From Ktedonobacterales bacterium (GTDB lineage: Bacteria; Chloroflexota; Ktedonobacteria; Ktedonobacterales; JADMIN01), in NCBI GenBank assembly GCA_030167145.1, contig CP126532.1, forward strand, positions 1,140,001-1,172,000: a stretch of 32,000 nucleotides of DNA. The letters are read 5' to 3'. Each line of letters begins with the position of its first letter. The first letter of the stretch is position 1. Both the position numbers and the translations under genes were made by a program. This document shows, in pieces, positions 16,301-25,263 of this stretch. The notes beneath the pieces were generated by a model, which searched no databases, was not told the origin of the DNA, and saw nothing but the letters and a program-made list of their open reading frames with translations.

Positions 16301-16357
16301 CTTGCTAGAAACAGCGTTGGCTCCGCCACCTATAGCTACGTTTACGTTTGAGAGGAA

Positions 16358-19300
16358 ATGATGGCTCGACCAGGTCTTATTGACCGCCAAGGCCTACTCG
16401 ATTGGGCCAAGCTCCGTGTCGCGGAAAGCGAACTGCCTCGACTCATCCGTCGGCTTATTCTGGAAACGGGTCGCGGTATCGCCTATCTCGGGTTTCCCGC
16501 CGGGGAGGGCGTGGCCGCGAGCAGTTGGGACGGGACCGTTCGCGCAACTGAGGAGGCACTATACATACCGCTAGGTCTTTCGCTGTGGGAGGTGTCGGTT
16601 AACGGCAGCCCTGGCGCTAAGGCCAATGATGATTACCAGAAGCGCACGACGACACCGGATGGCTCGCCCACGAGCGACTGCGCGTACGTTGAGGTCATAT
16701 TGCGCCCGTGGACGCAACGCTTTGATTGGGCGCGTGATCGGACCGCCGAGGGCAGGTGGAAAAAGGTGACTGCACTCGGGGTGGACGACGTGGAGACGTG
16801 GCTCGAGTTCGCGCCAATCACACACGCGTGGCTATCCGAGTTGAATGGGTTACATCCCTATGGTTTGGTGACGGCGCAGACCTGGTGGAATACATGGTCA
16901 GCGGCGACGACGCCGGCGTTTCCGAGCGCGGTAGTGGTCGCCGGGCGGGACGAGGCTATCACGAAGCTCCGACAGGCGCTGGGCGAGCCGGGCCAGGTCG
17001 TTACCGTCCGGGGCACGAGTCGTGATGAGGTGGCGGCTTTCGTGGCCGCAGTCGTGTTAGCTGAGGAAGCTGCTGATGGCGGCGCCCTGCTCGCGCGGAC
17101 CGCCTTTATCGACAACGTCGAGACGTGGCGTCGCTTGCGTGGCCACCAAACACCCCTGGTCCTGGTCGCCTTGACAGAGCAAGTGGCCGCTGAGTTTGTA
17201 CCTAGTTCTCCCCATGTCCTCATCGTGCCGCGAACGGGGACAGCAAGTGCGGACATTGAGCTGCGACCCATTGATGCGCAGGTGGCCACAGAGATTTTGA
17301 AAGGCGCGGGTCTCGCGGAACGCCAAGCGGTGGAAGCCGGCCAACTCGCGCGTCTCAGTCTTCTGGCGGCGCGGCGACGACTGGCGAATAAGCGGGAGCT
17401 CCTTCAACCAGCCTGGGCTGAGTCGCCCGCTGGCAAGACGATACGCCGCCTCGCGCTCGTCGGACGCTGGAATGAGGACTCCGACGCGGACCGTGCTCTC
17501 GTCGGGCAAGTGGCCGGTATCTTGTACGACACGCTGCGCGAGGAAATCGCCAAGCTCTCTGCGGGCGGCGACCCACTGTTGGCGCGGGTCGGCGGCACCA
17601 TCGGTGTCGTATCGCCAATTGACGCGTGGCTGCTGCTCTTCGGCGAGCTGCGGCAGGACGACCTCGTAGCCGTTCACGATGCTGCCCGAACAGTCTTAGC
17701 GGAAATCGATCCGCGTCTAGACCTGCCGCGAGATGATCGTTGGCTGGCGCGGGTGCGCGGTAAGACCCGAGCGTACTCGGACAATCTCCGACAGGGGTTG
17801 GCCACGACGCTCGCCCTACTCGGCGCATATGGCGCTCGCCCAATTGGGGGCACCGCCAGCGTAGGCCGCGACTGGGCAGCGCGGATTGTTCGCGAGACGC
17901 TGGCAGCCGCGAACGCGGACGCAGCGTGCCGCTTGTGGGTGTCACTCGCCGACGTACTACCGCTGCTAGCAGAGGCCGCGCCCGAAGCGTTTCTCGACGC
18001 CGTGGCGACAGGCGCGTGTGGGCAAGCGCCCGTGCTCAGCGGGATATTTGAGGATGTGGCAGACAGTGGGCATCCGCTGGGGCCAAGCTCGGCGCACAGC
18101 TATTTGCTCTGGGCGCTCGAAAGGTGCGCTTGGTCGCCGGATCACATTGGCCGGGTGGGTGACGCACTGGCCCGGCTTGCGGAGATTGACCGGGGCGGTC
18201 GTCTGAGCAATCGTCCCTTTGCCTGTCTCCACTCGCTCTTCCGCCCATGGTATCCGCAGACCGCCGTGTCTGCTGAACGGCGGCTCGCCGTGATTGATGG
18301 CTTACGAGACCGTCACCCGGCAATCGCCTGGAAGTTACTGATGTCGCTGCTGCCCGAGCCGGGTGGCGCGGCGGTGGATACCAGTGAGCCGCAATTCCGT
18401 GATTGGAAACCGGAACAGATTATGGTATCGGCGGCCGAATACTGGACCGCTATCGGTGAAATCTGGACGCGGCTCCTCGCAGACGCCGGCCACGATCCCG
18501 ACCGCTGGGTAGCGCTGATCGAGAAGATTGATGACCTGCCGCCACCAAACCGGGGTGCGGCACTCGCACGCCTTGACGCACTAAGTGGTGACGGTGACTT
18601 ATCCGAAGAACAACGCACAGCCACCTGGAGAGCGCTGCGTGCCGAGGCGGCAAAACACCGTGAGTACGCGACGGTGTCGTGGGCGTTACCCGCCGACGAG
18701 GTGTCGGCGATGGAGGCAACAGCCACGCGGTTCGCGCCGACCAGCTCTGACGAGCGACATCGCTGGCTGTTTGAGCAGCAGTCACCGATGATCTCCACCA
18801 TTAGGCAGACTGACGACTTCGCGGCGTACGACGCCGAACTCATGAAGCTGCGCGCCACCGCTGCAGCCGAGATTGCAGACACATCGGACTGGTCCGGTCT
18901 CCAGCGCTTTGCTACGTCACTGGAGCACTCGTGGCTTGTCGGCGAGGCGGTGGCGCGGGCCCGACGCTACGAGCACGAGAGCGAAGTCCTGACACTGCTT
19001 GGGTCCGTCGAGCACCGTGAGGCGGTCTTCGCCGCCGGCTATGTCTCGGTGCGCTTCCAGACGGACGGATGGGAGTGGCTCGAGTCCTACCTCAACGATG
19101 GCACACTTTCACCCAATCAGGTAGCCCGACTCCTTTTGTATACTGATGACTATCCGAAGGCGTGGCAGGTCGCCGAAACAATGGGCGAGCCAATCGCCGC
19201 CCTCTTCTGGCAACAGTTTCGGACGCACGGCCACGATCCGGGCTTCGCGCACGTGGACTTTGTGGCCGAGCGACTGCTCGACGTCAATCGGCCGGGCGCC

Positions 19301-20184
19301 GCGCTCGACCTGATCTTGATCTATTCGGACCGTGGGAAGGTCATGAGCCAAGCACGCGCCAAACTCGTGGCACGCGGTCTCGAAGCCTTGCTCGACCGCG
19401 ACGCTCAGGAGGCGGACCTCGGATACCTATCGCACGATACCATCGTCGAACTCTTTAGTGCTCTGGAGCGCTCCGAATTGTCACGAGAGCGCCTAGCGCG
19501 GCTCGAATGGGCGTACCTGCCGTCCCTTAACTATGATGGCCGGCCCGCGACGCTGACTGCGATGCTGCCGCGTGACCCTGATTTCTTTGTGGACATCATT
19601 CGACGTATCTTCAAGCCGAGTGGCAGTGAGGATACAGATGAGCCTGAGCCTGTAGATGAAGCTCAAGACAAAGCACAGCGGGAGGCGATCACGCAGAACG
19701 CGTACCGCCTGTTGATGGAGTGGAAGAACATTCCCGGTCAGTGCGATGACGGGACGGTGGACGCTGCGGCGCTCGATGCATGGGTAACGCGGACGCGCGT
19801 GCCAAGCTCCGGGAGTCTGGCCACCTCGAGATTGGCGACTCGCGCATCGGCCACGTACTGGCCTGGGGCCCAGCGGATGCGGACGGGTCCCGTCCGTGCC
19901 TCGCGGTATGCAATCTACTGGAGAAGCTCGAGAGCACCGGCAACCTTGAACATGGCTTGATGATTGAGCTGCGCAATAGTCGTGGCGTGACAACCCGCGA
20001 GCCATTGGAGGGCGGCGACCAAGAACGCGCGCTCGCCGCCACGTACTTCAAGCAGGCTGAGGCGTTTGCTGATCGCTGGCCGAAGACCGCCGCGCTCCTG
20101 CGCAAAGTTGGTGAGAGCTACGAGCAAGAAGCGCGGTTCATGGACGAAGAGGCCGAGCGTCGTCGTACAGGCCTCGATAGTTAG
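16358..20184 (+). pseudogene. large orphan protein (about 1,275 aa if repaired), interrupted by a -1 frameshift near 19784-19790
   Basis: Track ORF 16358..19960 turns into Arg/Ser-rich junk after ...DAAALDAWV. ORF 19780..20184 in the -1 frame continues with well-behaved sequence: NADARAKLRESGHLEIGDSRIGHVLAWGPADADG...GGDQERALAATYFKQAEAFADRWPKTAALLRKVGESYEQEARFMDEEAERRR. Re-reading A19786 (GTA-AAC) joins the two frames. The body is long, helical and Leu/Ala-rich. No GxxxxGK[ST] motif was spotted. Confidence 0.6.
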
Positions 20185-20216
20185 CGAGCGATGTTCGACC
20201 GATTGGCAGGGATGCC

Positions 20217-20930
20217 TCAGCCAACACTACACGAGCCGGTACCGCCCATCTGCACTACCTGCCACGTGCCGTCGTTTGCTGCCACCAGCGTAAACGTGCG
20301 GGTGCCGGTGTCGGCAACCGTGTCGGGTGCGGCGAGCGTAGCGACCTCGTAGGCAATACACACTGTAAGCTGATTGTCGCTCTGACTTTGGATCTGCACG
20401 GCCGTAGCGTCGAGCAGCACGTAGCTGCCAGCGAACGGGCCCTGTTGATCGTAGTAGGCTTTCGCCAGCGCCACGATCCCGTCGGTGGGTGGTGGCGAGA
20501 CTGTTGGCACGGGCGTGGCGGTGGGCACGTCGGTGGGCGTCGGCGTCGGCAGCGGTGTATCAGTCGGAATGGGCGGTGCGGCGGTCGCCGTGGCGGTTGC
20601 GTACTGGGCCGCGGGCGGCTGGGGTGCGGCGCTTCCGGCAAAGGGCTGCGCCCGGATCGCCAGGTACATGACGAGGGCACCCACCATAACGCCAATCCAG
20701 AACACGACGCGGCTAGGCAGCGCCGCGCCCTGTCGCCACAGCTGCGGCTGACTAGGGAGCGGCCTGAGCCGCGGTGCGGGTTGACCGATTGGCTCCATCC
20801 CGTCATCGAGCGGCGTATCGCGCGCCCGCCGCAGCATCTCTTCGAGGCTGGGGTCAGACGCGCGACGCCGGGGCTCAGGCGGGAAGTAAGGATGGCTGTC
20901 CACGCGCGAGCTCCAACTGGGGTGGCCCAT
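20217..20930 (-). CDS. membrane-anchored protein with a Pro/Thr-rich linker and a small C-terminal domain (237 aa)
   Basis: TM VVFWIGVMVGALVMYLAI, linker PIPTDTPLPTPTPTDVPTATPVPTVSPPPT, and C-terminal domain ...QLTVCIAYEVATLAAPDTVADTGTRTFTLVAANDGTWQVVQMGG. Its start is 3 nt after the upstream stop. Confidence 0.6.
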   Translation of the reverse strand: MGHPSWSSRVDSHPYFPPEPRRRASDPSLEEMLRRARDTPLDDGMEPIGQPAPRLRPLPSQPQLWRQGAALPSRVVFWIGVMVGALVMYLAIRAQPFAGSAAPQPPAAQYATATATAAPPIPTDTPLPTPTPTDVPTATPVPTVSPPPTDGIVALAKAYYDQQGPFAGSYVLLDATAVQIQSQSDNQLTVCIAYEVATLAAPDTVADTGTRTFTLVAANDGTWQVVQMGGTGSCSVG

Positions 20931-20933
20931 GGC

Positions 20934-21482
20934 CTAGTGGAACCATTTGCCGATCAGCACCCACAGGCCGCGACCGGGGGCGGTCGGAATGACGCCGACG
21001 ACGATGGGGTCACGGAGCGGCGCCAGACGGTCGGTCCAGCTGCTGGGCCGGGCCTCGGTTGTCTCGGGCAGGGGCCGCATCTTCGGTCGCAGGGGTTGCT
21101 CCTCACCCCAGAGCCAATAGAAGAAGGGGACGTTGGCCCCTTCCAGGGCCCGCCAGCGGTTGAAGACGACGGCCGGCACGTCCCGTTCGGCGGTACCGAA
21201 GGGCGCCAGCTCCCACTCTATGCCATCGAGGGTCAGGCGCACCGGCGTGGTCGGGACGTCCCGGATGCCGAGGACCGTAGCGCCGTGGTCCTCACAGATC
21301 GGTCGCCAGTGCTGCTCAACCGCGGCCTCGTTACACGGGTCGGTGTATTCGTAGGTGTCTCGCTCCGGCAAGACGGCCAGGCCATATGGGGACGCGCGCC
21401 GGGCGATGCTGCTGGCAAGGTGCTCGTCCATACTTGTTTCTTCTCGCTTCCTATCGCTGTGCACAACTACATCGTTGGTCAT
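20934..21482 (-). CDS. hypothetical protein (182 aa, or 165 aa from ATG 21431)
   Basis: The ORF is contiguous with the downstream membrane protein gene. No family recognised and the start is uncertain. Confidence 0.5.
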   Translation of the reverse strand: MTNDVVVHSDRKREETSMDEHLASSIARRASPYGLAVLPERDTYEYTDPCNEAAVEQHWRPICEDHGATVLGIRDVPTTPVRLTLDGIEWELAPFGTAERDVPAVVFNRWRALEGANVPFFYWLWGEEQPLRPKMRPLPETTEARPSSWTDRLAPLRDPIVVGVIPTAPGRGLWVLIGKWFH

Positions 21483-21804
21483 CTGGGGTCTGGTGCCGCG
21501 CTACCTCCCTTCGTGACTGCTCAGTACCCGGCATCAGCGTCGCCGGGGCGCTAGGTGGAGCATGCCATAGCGGCGGCGAGAAACGAAGCGAGACATTAGC
21601 GGAAATTGGAGAAGAGATTGGCATGCCGGTCTGTCGGACCCGCACGGTATGCCAATCGGGGCTGCCAAGCGTGGGGACGCAAAGCCGCAAATCCAGCTAC
21701 ATGGTTTGCCACTTTCGCTGCCAGCGCAAGAAGCGGGCGGTGCGTGGTGGTTGCCGGCCTCTCGGCCTTGCTGTATGCTGAGACTGTAAACAAGGAAGCT
21801 GTTT

Positions 21805-22494
21805 ATGGCTGGCACGCAGCGCACCCCGACCGGTTTCGGGATCGTTGAACTTCTCCTCGCCATCGTCGCCCTCGGCGTCATCGGCACCCTCGGTTGGGTC
21901 GTCTATCAGCACGGCCGGATTACTGGCGCGGGTATGCTGGGGACTGCATCGGCACCTCCCGAGCAGCCAGCGACCGCCGATCCCTATGCGGAGTGGAAGA
22001 CGTATAGCTCCACTCTCAGTGGCTTCTCCTTCCGCTACCCGACCGGCTGGGACTTGAGTGGGTTCCAGGGCAATAACCCGGTCGCGGCCGACCATATGAC
22101 CGGCCAGGAAACCACGATTCGTCTCGAATCCAAACCCGACACGAGGGTCGATAACTTCGGCATCACCATGTACCCCAGCGCCGGCATCTACCGCACCCCG
22201 TACGACACCTACGGGAACGGCACGACAACGGTGCTGGCCAACGGCATCACCCTGTGGCAAGAGAAGGCGCAGGAGACTTATGCAACGGGTCTCGCTACCG
22301 ATACCTGCCCAGCGGTGCAAGTCGGCACTGATGCCACGTTCGCGCAGCGGCTGCCGAATGGCAATTACCTGTCGCTCTATGGCTCGTTCTGTTGGGGTCA
22401 AGGCCTGACCACCGCCAAGACCTACGCGCAGCAGGTAGCCAGTCCCGAGTGGGCGGCCGCGATTGCGGTGGTGAAGTCCATCCGCTTTTACTGA
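21805..22494 (+). CDS. protein with a prepilin-type N-terminal cleavage/methylation-like signal (229 aa)
   Basis: The N-terminus MAGTQRTPTG|FGIVELLLAIVALGVIGTLGWVVY has the G-F-x-x-x-E plus hydrophobic helix layout of type IV pilin/pseudopilin signals. Positions +2 and +3 are non-consensus. AAGGAAG SD upstream. Confidence 0.6.
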   Translation: MAGTQRTPTGFGIVELLLAIVALGVIGTLGWVVYQHGRITGAGMLGTASAPPEQPATADPYAEWKTYSSTLSGFSFRYPTGWDLSGFQGNNPVAADHMTGQETTIRLESKPDTRVDNFGITMYPSAGIYRTPYDTYGNGTTTVLANGITLWQEKAQETYATGLATDTCPAVQVGTDATFAQRLPNGNYLSLYGSFCWGQGLTTAKTYAQQVASPEWAAAIAVVKSIRFY

Positions 22495-22599
22495 TCGGCC
22501 GCACCAAGTTCCTGCTCGGTAGCCGAGCGAACCGGCCGGCAGTCTTCTTCATGACGCCTGCCTCGTCCCTGGCTACTGATCACCTAAAATTCCTACAGC

Positions 22600-22628
22600 G
22601 CGACAGCAGGCGTTGTAAGTGGTACAAT
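22600..22628 (+). promoter_or_regulatory. candidate promoter with an extended -10 (TGgTACAAT)
   Basis: GCGACA (22600-22605), a 17-nt spacer, then TACAAT (22623-22628) preceded by TGG. This would give a leader of about 390 nt before the CHAP gene start. Confidence 0.35.
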
Positions 22629-23023
22629 ACCAAGTGACCCCCTTCTACGCGAGCAAGAAGCCGCCACGCGTGGTCAGGGAAGGGGCCCGCGCTCCTATCC
22701 TGACGTCAACTGCTGCCGGCTCCAGCCTGCGCGCGCCACCAGACGAAGGGGCACTAGCTGCGGGAGGCGGTGGACCACACGGTCGCTCGTCGTTCTTCGA
22801 GTGCATGCGGAAACCTGGAGGGAGGACGTCTCTCGACCGGTGCACGTCTACTCGCCCTGATGATCCCCACTCACCACAACCCGCTAAGGTAGTGGGCAGT
22901 CCATCGGGCTATCAATCAGCCACCCTCGGTACTACGGGAGCTCGGGGCAGACGCAATCTGCCCTGGCCCGCGCGGGCCGATCAGTCGATGGCGTCGAGCC
23001 ACAGCGAAGGTGAAGGTGTATGC

Positions 23024-24451
23024 ATGTCCACATCGGAACGGCGGCCGCGGAAGGCGTTGGTAGGGCTGGCAGGCATTGTGATCATCGCCGTAGGGCTGGC
23101 CGGTTGGATGTTGTACCTGGGGCACTCGCCGCAGGCGTTTCTTGCTGCCGGTCCCGGCAACGACTACCCCTGGGGGAACGCCACTGATTGTTCCCAGACG
23201 TTCGGCATATACTCTTGGTGCCTGAATGGCAACTGGCTTTCGCCACTGGGCTTTGGCTACCGCAACTGCACCGACTATGCGGCGTACGAGTTGAACGAGG
23301 CGATGGGGGGCAGTGTGAGCCACCCTAAGTTCGCGTGGAAGGACATAAACGTTAAGACGCCCGCTTCCCCCAACGGGGACGGCAATGCCCGGGAGTGGAA
23401 GCAAGGGGCCATTAATCGCTACGGCGCTGGGGTCGCCAATGGCACGCCGGCGGTCGGTGCGGTTGCCTGGTGGGGCACTGTGGGCCACGGCTTCGGTCAC
23501 GTCGGCATTGTGACCTCCGTCTCGCCAGATCGACAGACCATCCGCGTCGACAGCTACAACGAAGACCAGCATGGTAACTTCTATCCGGACACCATCAGTA
23601 CGACGAAACGCGGGGTGTTGCCCTGGCCAGACGCCTTCCTCCACATCGCGGACGGTCCGAGCGCGAGCGGCAGCAGCGCCGACCGTCAGCCCGCCGACTT
23701 CGCCGGCAAGATCGTGCAGTGGGATGGTGACCACAACCAGCAGCGGGCCTCGTGGCTCGTCTCGGCCGACCTCAAGCGCTACTGGATTCCTGACATCCGG
23801 ACCTACTGGTGTCTGCGGGGCCAAGGGCACGCCGACGCTGGCCCGATTAGCGAGCATCTCCTCGACCAGCTCCCCGACACGGGCCACTGGGCGACGTGCG
23901 GCAGTAGCCCAATTGCCACCGCGCCGGTAGCAGTCGTACTCACCCCAACCCCAACGCCGCCCCCAACCTCGCCGCCCCCAGCGCCCTCACACCCCGTTGA
24001 CGCGTACTCCAATTACGGACAGGACAACCTGGTCGGCCACGCCATGTGCCGCGGCAACCCCGGCGACCCCTTGTCCATGCCGGGTGGCACGGGCACACAG
24101 ACCTTTACGGTGCCGGCGGGCGTCTCCACGTTGAGCAGCGCCATGGTGCAGGTTGATCCGGCAGACGTCACCGCGTATCTCACCGTGTACGTGAACGGCG
24201 TGGCACAGGCAACGGCAGCAGCCGCAGCGGTTGGCGATACCCACTTCACGTTTGGTCCCGTCAGCGTGCACCAAGGCGACACCGTAATGCTCTCTATCAC
24301 GTTCACGGCTACGTACGGCAAAATCATTACGCTGTATACGGTCGGTCATCCGGGTGGAACGTTCACCGCACAGAACAGCTGTCCCGATGGCGCTCCAAGC
24401 GTCACAGTGACCGATGGCGGACTGCGGGCAGTGGTGTCTGGCATGAGCTAG
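23024..24451 (+). CDS. membrane-anchored CHAP-domain peptidoglycan hydrolase with a PT linker and C-terminal beta-rich domain
   Basis: ATG 23024 is preceded by GAAGGTGAAGGTG; ATG 22988 is an alternative. TM ALVGLAGIVIIAVGLAGWMLYL. CHAP-type Cys/His blocks: GFGYRNCTDYAAYEL and GHGFGHVGIVTSV. Linker TPTPTPPPTSPPPAPS. The first 135 codons of track ORF 22619.. look non-coding. Confidence 0.75.
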   Translation: MSTSERRPRKALVGLAGIVIIAVGLAGWMLYLGHSPQAFLAAGPGNDYPWGNATDCSQTFGIYSWCLNGNWLSPLGFGYRNCTDYAAYELNEAMGGSVSHPKFAWKDINVKTPASPNGDGNAREWKQGAINRYGAGVANGTPAVGAVAWWGTVGHGFGHVGIVTSVSPDRQTIRVDSYNEDQHGNFYPDTISTTKRGVLPWPDAFLHIADGPSASGSSADRQPADFAGKIVQWDGDHNQQRASWLVSADLKRYWIPDIRTYWCLRGQGHADAGPISEHLLDQLPDTGHWATCGSSPIATAPVAVVLTPTPTPPPTSPPPAPSHPVDAYSNYGQDNLVGHAMCRGNPGDPLSMPGGTGTQTFTVPAGVSTLSSAMVQVDPADVTAYLTVYVNGVAQATAAAAAVGDTHFTFGPVSVHQGDTVMLSITFTATYGKIITLYTVGHPGGTFTAQNSCPDGAPSVTVTDGGLRAVVSGMS

Positions 24452-24601
24452 GGTGACACAGTTCGGCACGGTGCCCTGGTCCAGCGCGGCCAGGGCACCG
24501 TGCCGGGTGCTGGATATGTCGGGGGCAGCTGGCGCCTGGCCGTGGCTAGTGCCGTGGCTGGCGAGCACGCTCGATGGCAATGGCAACATTCAGCTGGCCT
24601 A

Positions 24602-25040
24602 CTACTCGAGCTCAAGCCATGGCTTACGCCAGCTGCCCTCGGCAACTGCATTCACCGCTTTGTCGGTCCCTTCGGCCTCGCCATTGGCATTGCAGCCGGG
24701 ACCGGTATCGTCGCGGGACTCGTCCTGCACTGGAAGCATGAGCAGCGCCTCGAAGCCGAGGCGATTGTGCACGCCCTGGGCCGCTGGATGCCCACCGCTG
24801 AGCCACTTGCCCGTAACGGGCGTGCACGATCGCCTCGCGGGCGATGAGCTCGAGCTCCCAACGCTTGATGCCCGCCGCGGGCTGTTTATAGAGTGGGAGG
24901 ACCTCCAGATCAGGCGCAAAGGGGACGCCGTAGGCGAGGTTCTGCGAGTACGCCCTGACGACTGCTAACGTATCGGCCAGGGGGTAGCTCCGAATGCGAT
25001 TGCGAAACGGGCGATAGGTTTCAAAGACGTCGTTGTTCAC
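24602..25040 (-). pseudogene. small hypothetical gene (about 146 aa if repaired) with an apparent frameshift near 24815-24830
   Basis: GTG 25040 has a GGGGAGGG SD. It reads MNNDVFETYRPFRNRIRSYPLADTLAVVRAYSQNL...WELELIAREAIVHA and then becomes Arg-rich junk. The neighbouring frame continues with GC3-rich coding-like PVTGKWLSGGHPAAQGVHNRLGFEALLMLPVQDE...WLELE to a stop at 24602. It is divergent from the ATPase gene. Confidence 0.35.
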
Positions 25041-25263
25041 ATGCCCTCCCCAACAGCGTCGACTCAGGTATTGCCAACATGCACCCAGTATATCGCTCGG
25101 TAGAACCTGCGGCCTGTCGCCCTACCCCCTGTGGGGCCCCATCATGACATTATTGGCAGCGACACGAACGACCAGTGGTGCAGCGATCAGCAGCATCTCC
25201 TCCGCTCGTATGGTATACCTAATCAGGTGTACCGTTGAGTCTGCAGCATGAGAAAGAGATGGC

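Noticed and set aside
20388-21554. 388-aa plus-strand ORF
   Set aside because: It is antisense to two contiguous minus-strand genes with sensible TM, linker and domain organisation. The product is Arg/Gly-rich junk (GGRRRRQRC...).
22916-23887. 323-aa minus-strand ORF
   Set aside because: It is antisense to the CHAP hydrolase gene, which has catalytic Cys/His blocks and a TM anchor. It has no motifs or SD.
23987-24589. 200-aa minus-strand ORF that could have continued the small frameshifted gene
   Set aside because: It lies antisense to the C-terminal domain of the CHAP protein. There is no continuity of coding signal across the 24602 stop.
24453-24968. 171-aa plus-strand ORF downstream of the CHAP gene
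   Set aside because: The product is Ser/Pro/Ala-rich with no SD. The opposite strand carries a start with a strong SD and coding-like sequence, although frameshifted.
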